The translations under genes and the position numbers were made by a program. The notes beneath the pieces were generated by a model. It ran no database searches. It was not told where the DNA came from and was given only the letters and a program-made list of their open reading frames with translations. DNA of 64,000 bases from Auanema rhodensis (Eukaryota > Animalia > Nematoda), in NCBI GenBank assembly GCA_964057225.1, contig OZ059896.1, positions 18,166,001-18,230,000 of the forward strand, in the 5' to 3' direction. Shown in pieces: positions 55,897 to 64,000 of the stretch; the stretch's first letter is position 1, and every line of letters begins with the position of its first letter.

Positions 55897-58499
55897 ATCT
55901 TTTTGAATATGAAGCTTACTAAAGATATATGCTAATGCTTAAAGTTGAAAAATATCTGAAGAAGATGCGTATGAGAAGCATTGACTCATCTTATTGGCGT
56001 TTTATACATGCCTCTGTGAGAACGAGAGAGTTAGAGTTGGTACATTCTAGACGAAGATATAGAGAGAAGGTATCGTCCTCAGATCCACCTACTCTACTGT
56101 TTTTTGACGTTTCTATCGCCCACGTCGATATTTACTATGAAAAACGAGAATGAACAGCTGTTTAGCTTATTGCGGATGATCAGGAGGAGGATGATGATGA
56201 AGATGTTCCTGATGATCAGTCGTGTCGAAACATCGAAACGAAGGCGGAGGCGCAGAAAAAGACATATTCCTCGTCCTATTTACGAAGACGATATGATTCA
56301 CGTTTTCGAGTTGCAAACATCTGTCAGCCATATCAACAATGGTGCAATATTTTCTTTTTTAATTCGAAATTTTTTTATTTTTTCTCGAAAAGATTTGAGA
56401 AACACATACTGATAGCTCGTCAATAACTGTGTTTTAGACTGAGTGACAGGAATTTCGGATACAAATAATTTTTTTTTTTTAAATTTTCAGTAAAAAATGC
56501 AGAATTGAAGCTCTTGAAGTCTTAAAAAAAGAGAATTTTTTTCATTTATGTATAATATTATATAAATCAAAGTTGTATATTAGAATATATATATATAGAA
56601 ATAAATACATACGTATATGATATTTGAATAAAATATACATAAATTTCAGATTTAAAAAGAATATTTTAGATTAAATTCTATTTTAATAAATAAAATAAAG
56701 GTCAACAAATTATCTAGAATATTCAAAATTATTCATTTATTCGCTAATTTTATTAAATAAATTAAATAATTTATAAAGTATATTAAAAAATTTAAAAAAA
56801 AAAAATTTATCTGTCTATTTTATAAAAATTAATTAAATTTTGAATTTAAAAAAAAATTCTTTTTTTTTTTAAAATTGACTTTGATAATAAAAAAATATAT
56901 TAATTAATAATATAAAAATAAAATTATGTGAGAAGACGAGAGCTTATTTGCCTTTGATCCATAGTTTTGGATAAGAAATTCTATTTCAATAATATCTGAA
57001 CACGCATAATCGAAATTTCAGGATAATTATCTCGGCGGGGGTGTCTGAGTGTGGTGCTGGAGGATACAGGGGTGTCTGAGTTGGAGGGAGTTGAAGACTA
57101 CGTTAGCTAGCGGTGATGGAATTGGTGGAGTTGTACTGAGAGAGAATTTGTAGGATGATGATGCTCAGAAGCAAGATATATGGAATAAAGGATGACGTTT
57201 ATATTTATTTTCTCTTTAGGTTCGAAGCTTTTCTTTTGTATCCTATTATAAGCTTATTCTACTAATTATAAGAATAAAAAGGGAAAAATAATTTAATTTA
57301 TTGATTATAAGTAAAAATATATTAAAAGGACAGCAGACGAAAATAATAATTGAGTTAAGGGATAACAAAAATAGATTTAATTGCTTTAAAAATTGTAATA
57401 AATTTGAAAAAAAATGAACAAAATTTAATTTGACGATGATCACATATCCGAATTTTCAGTAAGATTTATATAAAGTTTAATTAATAAATTTTTCTTCTAT
57501 AAAATAAGAAAATGAAAAAATAAAATTGATAAGATGATGTTGGAGTTAAAACATTTTTAACAGTTAATATCTTTGTGTTAAAGCTATTGAACATCATTCT
57601 GAAGTGCTTCTCAAACATATGTATATGATGAAGTGGTGACGTCGATTACGATCTGACGAAATTCTCACCCCTATTAGACTGAATTTTCTTTTCTTTCTTT
57701 AATCCCTACAACAGTAGTCTATCTTAACTACATACAACTATAGTAACTGTATAGAAAAGGAGGATGGGGAAGTAGTGTGAGGTAGTTTTAACACAGGTTT
57801 TAAGAAGCCGGTAAAACTTGAACATACACAACTGTATGTAGGCTTGTAAGGTGCAAAAAAGCTTTTCGGCTTGCTTGAAAAAACTTTTTTTTTTATTAAA
57901 TTTCAAGATGATGAAGTATTTATTGTATTATAACTTTGATAGAATTGTTTATTATTACATTATGAAAAAGACTTTTTTTTTGTGTTGAAACCTCTTGAAA
58001 ATCTTGACCAGCATGACTTAGAATAAGTGTTTTCTATATTTTCTATTCAATCGAATGTACTGAAAGTCGTCTCGTAAGCATCAAAAAATGGTTTTTTTAT
58101 ATTTCAATCAAAAATATCTGAATTCAAAACTAATTTTATTCAAATTCTTATTATATTCTTTCATAGTAGCAATGTATTTTTTAATTTTTGCTATATATTG
58201 AAGAGATTGCCAATAAAATCAAATTGGCTATGACACACATCAGTTTTCTTGACCGTTTTTGTTGATTTATTTTGATTTTTCCATTAAAATAATTTACTTT
58301 ATGTCTTCAAATTAATTTTTTTTCGTATATCATAGTGAATGGCTTGCAACTGTTGCTACAGAATCAACGTTTCTGGTTGTTTTCCATTAAGAAAGTCAAG
58401 ACGTCGTCTAGTTTTTTCTTTCGTTTTTTACGTCCACAGGAACTTAGCCTCTGCTTCATCTTTCAAGAACAGTTTGACATAACTTTGCTTAACTTTGTT

Positions 58500-58525
58500 C
58501 TCTCTTTCTTCCTATCTCTCTCTCC

Positions 58526-58567
<42 letters not shown>
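58500..58567. repeat. (CT)n microsatellite
   Basis: CT dinucleotide run, imperfect at its 5' end. Confidence 0.9.
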
Positions 58568-58570
<3 letters not shown>

Positions 58571-59188
58571 TATTTCTCTCTTGATTATAAGCATATACTT
58601 TCTCCTGAAAAGTCTGTCTTACCATTTCCTATTTCTCTCCAATATTGCCTTTTAACACTTAACAGTCTTAATACGGTAATTGTTTTTCCTCAATGCTATT
58701 GTCCTTTCATCACTCCTAACCTTCGTCATAGATTCAAGTCCTTCTTCTCTTAACAAGTCTATCAACTTTTCCTTTTCAACCCCAACATCTTTCGCTGTCA
58801 ACTCCCGTCTAAACTCAAAAAAACTATTCACATGTGCATTTTGGTAATTTGTCCAGCATTTCGATCTCCTTTCCTTCATAATACATCTATAAATCCATTT
58901 AATTTAAAATATTTCCATATCCTCATGTTATTACACCATTTTCCTTCATCATACCGTCATTATATTTTCTTCACCAGATTTGGTGGAGTCCCTGTGTCTT
59001 ATTACCTCCGTGCCCACCCCCAAGCCAGCAATCTGTTCTGTTCTCACTTCATTTCGCTTCGGTTACCTCCTGTATACATATATAGTTTATTGAAATTCAT
59101 CGTCATCATCTCACTGCAATTCATTTTGGCTTTCCGCTCAACACAGATTCTCTTGTTCTACTTCTTTACTACCTATCCTTCTCATCAT

Positions 59189-59191
<3 letters not shown>

Positions 59192-59237
<46 letters not shown>
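59192..59237. repeat. (TC)n microsatellite
   Basis: Perfect TC run. Confidence 0.95.
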
Positions 59238-59242
<5 letters not shown>

Positions 59243-60431
59243 ATCTAACTCAATCTCACAGTTTCACAGCTCTCTAACAACCTTCACATATTTTCCTTTC
59301 ACTTACTCATCTCTTTACAGTCAATTCTTCATCTAATTCATCCCTCAACGAATCATTTTCAATCAGGCATTCGCCTCACTGAGCTTTAATCACATCCGAC
59401 CAACCAACAGAACAACATCACAAATCGACGACATAATGTACACAAATTTCGAAACAAATTATGTTCTGGACATCCATTTATAACTTTACGTCAAAAATCT
59501 TTCAATATCTTCCTCTAATTGTAATTTTCTCATCGTTATTCAACCTTGTAATCAGTTAGGTCTTGTTTTCTAAAAAGGAATCCCTTATTCCAGTCATCGC
59601 CGTCTCTCATCTATGAAGCAAAAGATTATTTTTTAAGTCAAAAGATACCTGCAATTGGCTGGATACTTTCTTAAATACCTTTCTATAATAAACTAGATTC
59701 TATAATACTCTCAGCTTTATGAATTCTTAGAAGTAAGAGTAAAGTTTTTTTCATTTTCATTCTCAAACCATTGTCTTCAATATTACGAGAAGCTTCTTAT
59801 TTATTTATTTTAATTTTATTTTTTAATTTGAATAATCATATAAACTGTCTATTAAACAACATGAGTAAGGATGGGTTGAGACAAGTTTTTCATATGTTTG
59901 ACACATATTGTGGCAAAATGGAGGACAGCTCTTGAGACCCTTCTTGTTCTATTGACTTATAACATGACAACGAACTTTTTCCAAAAACGAAGTGCAGCTT
60001 GCCGTTGTCGTCCTAGGAGCATCTTTTCCATGTTTCATCCAAAAGTTTCCTCCTCATATTCGAATGAAAAGAGAATGTTATAGAGAATTCAAAGAAAATA
60101 TATTTACTTAAGTCAGTATTGTGAATTAATAAAACTTGTTTTATATTTAGTAAGATCTATAGTTTTCTTTCAAAAAAACGATATTCGCATCTTTCTTACG
60201 TCATCATTCATGAATTCAAATTATAATGATTCATCCATCTTAGTTTCTTTTTTGTTTTTCTTCTAATTTTGAAATTTCTTTATCAGATTTTCTCTCTTCT
60301 ATAGTTTATATATTGTGAATTACAATTATTTATTTATAATTTTCTTATTTGTTTTTTTAGAAATCTATTTGAACGAATTATGCAAAGGAGATGAATAGCT
60401 ATGAAATATATACAAAAATTTCTGATTTTAG

Positions 60432-62245
60432 GCTGTATTTTGCCCTCTATCTGGTATAAATTGTATTTTATTATATTTTTTTATAATTAAAACTTTAGCT
60501 TGAATCAAAATGAAAGAAATGATTTATCAAGAAAATTTAAATATTATTTCTCTTCTGTTCGTCCTACATCTCCAGACAACTTCATAAGTGGTCAAAATGG
60601 AACATTCTTCAACATTAAAACTGAAATTCACTTACTTTTAGCTTCAACTCGAACAGTAAATTTTCGTTTTTTTCCTTTTTTTTTCATTTTCCTTAAAATT
60701 CTTTTTTTCTTCAAATTTTAGAATGCCATCATTGTTGATGTTTTAATATCATTAACATGGATTGATGATCGACTACTATTACGTGAATTACCGGATCGTT
60801 TAGAACTTCCGGTTGAGTTCCAACCATGGACTCCTCGTATTCAAACATTTCCAACATCGCATAGTCAATCTGTATTCTTAACTCCTAATACAGGAAGTTT
60901 AACATGGTATCACAGGTTGCTGATGCTTTCCAAAGTTGAAGTAAATGTTTTTTTCATTAAATTATAGAATTAAATCAGAAGTTTTGTGCGAGAGTGCAGC
61001 TTGGAAACGACCATTTCATAGCTACAAATGTGAGCTTATTCTGGAAAATATTGGAAGTAAGAAATCTAATATGATATTCATAGGTATATAATTACTTTAG
61101 ATGAAGTTCTAACTATTGAACGATTACGAGATTTTCGTCAAGATGTCCAAACATCAAGGGTTGTTGCACAGTTGGGTATGTTCTTCTCACTTTCAATATA
61201 GATTATCAAATGAAATAATTCTTCAGATCGTTTTCCAAATACTAACCTTATTTTGAGGTTTAATGGAGAATGGCAATCCAGCTTATTAGCTGTATTTCTT
61301 CCATCTATTCTTGTCATATTTCTTGTATTTTTTGCCCAATGGAAGCGACGGAAAGTCCAAGTTTTAGTTTCAACAGCTTGCCTTGTTTGCTTACTAGTAA
61401 TGGTATATATTCTTCAGCTTTTATGTTATTTGAATGAATTATCCAACTTTTCAAATAATATTATAAGAATTTCTTTTTAAGTTGACTGGTAATCGTGATA
61501 GTTCTGGCGCGACTTTACTGGATTTGTGGCTAAGTGGATGCTTTCTGCATTCAGTCTTTCTATTAGCTATTGATTTGATTCTACCAGCACGTCGAGTAAG
61601 TTCTACCTTCAACTTCATTGTTTTCTAATACAATAGTTCTTTTTATATTCTTCTTAATGTGCTCTTGCTGGTTATTTTAGGTCCGTTATTCTTTGATTGT
61701 CCCTGTTGAACGGAATCAACAGCGTGGACCGGTCCAGATAGTAGCGAAAAGTAAGTTAGCTGCACAACATCCTGTCAACACCTAAATCATGAAAAAACTA
61801 TCTGAAACTTAATTTGTTTCTTACGTCATCTTCCCCACTTGAAAAGTTTCTTTTAGCCGAACGAGAATCCACCGGATTCCAATCAACCTTGGAACGTTTC
61901 GTGGACAAAACCTTTGGGCGAACACGCGAGCCATCGGGAACAAAGACAGAATTGGTAGCAGCTTGTCCTGAAGAGGTTAGATCATCATCTTTGAATTGTA
62001 TTTGACAAACTCAACTATATTGACGTCACATGGTTGTCTATTAGCATCTTTAAAGAAATCAACATCAAATCTTTGGAATTTAAGATATGAAGTCATTTAA
62101 TTTTCTTTTTTTATAGACTCCAGTTCAAAGACAAGTTACATCAGCAACATTAGGGGAACGTAAACGTCTGGCTCTACTAGCAGTTGCTTCCAGCTTCTTA
62201 GCTTTCATGTTAATATACTTATTACTTGCTTTATCAATTAATTGA
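60432..62245 (+). CDS. Highly divergent Cys-loop channel (lgc-32/33-like); first exon not located
   Basis: WIDDRL, PWTPRI, Cys-loop CESAAWKRPFHSYKC, M1 (AVFLPSILVIFLVFFAQW), M2, M3 (TLLDLWL) and a C-terminal M4. Confidence 0.8.
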
Positions 62246-62889
62246 AATATAAGCAACAACAACAACCAAACCTTGGTATGATGTAAAAACAAAAGCTGCG
62301 AAATATCGAGCTTAGAGATTTCATATATGAACTTCTTCTCTCTCATCATCATGCTTCTTTAATCGTTTATAGTTGAATTTTAAAATTAATACAAATAATA
62401 TTGAAATCATTATCATATCTTTTCATTTTCTTTCAAAGTTTAAATAAAATTATTTCAATTTAGAAACTATCATACATAGTTTCGATGTATTCTACTATTC
62501 TAGCAAATCTCATTTACTTTATCAATCAATTTTTCTATTTTACTTATTAAACGTCTTGAACGGTTTTCAACAAAAATTCTCGTGATATATCCTTTAATTT
62601 TCTTTTTTATTCAAAATTATACTTCAACTTTTCACTAGAATATTATTCAAATCTAATTGCCAATTTTCCATCTAAAACTCAGGAATATTTGCATTTTTTT
62701 TTCATATTAACATTATTATGTTTCAACTTTTTTTTTTGTAAATAAATCATTCATTACATTTTTTTTGTTATTAGAGTTTTTATTAAATTATAAAATATTA
62801 ATTATAAAACTAGAATTCAAAAATTTATGAAAATACTGTACGTATATAACTATTACTCAATGTATGCATAATATGTAAGCTGGTGTTCC

Positions 62890-64000
62890 AGCTCAGTCTT
62901 CATCATCTTCTCTATGTTTTTCCATTCAGAATTGGAAATAAGCGAAGCGTGGATCAAAAAAAGTAGCTTTTTTTAAGAATTCGTCATTTGCAATCGTTTT
63001 TTAGAAAAAGCTGTTAGTGGTAACGATGACATCACGAACAAAATTCTTGCAAACCGCGACGTTTGTGACTGAGTTGATCCTGAGCACTTTTAGTCAATTG
63101 TTATTACGAAAGAAAACAACGTTACTTTTCTAATTTTTTTTTATTAACTGGCAGCTTCCGTATGTGAACGCAACTGTTTTATTCGATTTCCAAGATATCA
63201 ATGTAGCTTCATGATAGAGCTTGAGTACGTCAACAACGAATTTGAGAAAATCGAGCTCAGACTGATTGAACAATGATTCACCTTCTTGAAATGCAATTCT
63301 ATCGTAAACTGAATGCTATAAAGTAACTCACCGTTATCTTGAAAAGACAGAAAACGTACCATTTTTAAAAAATGATTTATCATTTTATAAGTACTGCTCC
63401 ACCTTGCATGATTAAATTCAAAACGTGAGGAAAACAGTGAATACTAAACTATATTTCAATGAAAATCTTCCAAGAGTAACTAAGTTTTGTTTTCCTAGCA
63501 TTTCACAAGTTTTCTTGACATTAGTGGCACCATCAGTTATGCAAGCTATCATCTCGTTCATCAAGTTTGGATTGAGCGAATCATTCAGATTGTTCTTCAT
63601 CATTTGGGCCGAATGTGAGATAGATCAATAACATCCCATATGAAGTTCAACCGTTTCTGACTATCATAATTGATTGTGTGAGCTGTCACAGCCAACAAGG
63701 AAACAACTAGAATAAGAGTTACAACATATCAATGAAACATACTTTTCAAACGATAAAAAACTAACCTGTGTTCTCGGAACTCCATGCGTCAAATGTTATA
63801 GCAAACGTTTTTGCTTTCTCAAGAGTGAGTTTGTTAGTATTAGCAACTTCTGCAACAAATTGATTCATGAAAAAAAAAATAGTTACCTTTGGAAATCAGC
63901 TTCACGACTTTCATCGCTGTTGTTCTTGATGAAACGTAATACGCAGGATTCAGTTTTTTAAAGTAACTCTTTCAAAAAATAGTTATCCAGACAATTGACA
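62890..64000 (-). mobile_element. Degenerate hAT-family (ZBED-like) transposase fragment; continues off the right edge
   Basis: Catalytic-region motifs FAITFDAWSS, CITDGATNVKK and ATFFDPRF, in order but interrupted by stops and frameshifts. Confidence 0.75.

Noticed and set aside
57778-57825. let-7 family seed TGAGGTAG
   Set aside because: The flanks give no hairpin that pairs the seed region.
58335-59248. ORFs containing SLSLSL runs
   Set aside because: Artefacts of CT microsatellites.

Overview
AT-rich eukaryotic genomic DNA, most likely from a rhabditid (clade V) nematode. Genes are broken by very short (~40-50 nt) introns, so the supplied ORF track captures only exon fragments; all gene models below were spliced by hand and homologies come from recalled sequences, not searches. 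From left to right: a partial poly-His gene; a cct-8/csn-4 pair divergent from a probable operon (mes-6/EED, a 70-aa microprotein, two tandem cks-1 copies); hmg-5 (TFAM), fkb-1 and KIDINS220 on the minus strand; two divergent Cys-loop channels; several small secreted or neuropeptide genes including nlp-17; DDX43; arp-11; a small HSP with a perfect heat-shock element; and a decayed hAT transposase at the right edge. The main finding is a gene at 41974-47498 (-) with the full TASOR/FAM208 architecture (DUF3715 pseudo-PARP, SPOC, disordered linker, C-terminal PIN-like domain) plus a PP1-docking-like motif. This suggests a HUSH-type silencing scaffold in a nematode. Secondary findings are a two-domain structured RNA candidate (16835-17045), a chromo-shadow-like microprotein inside the mes-6 operon, and unusually relaxed splice signals (GC donors, GAG/AAG acceptors).
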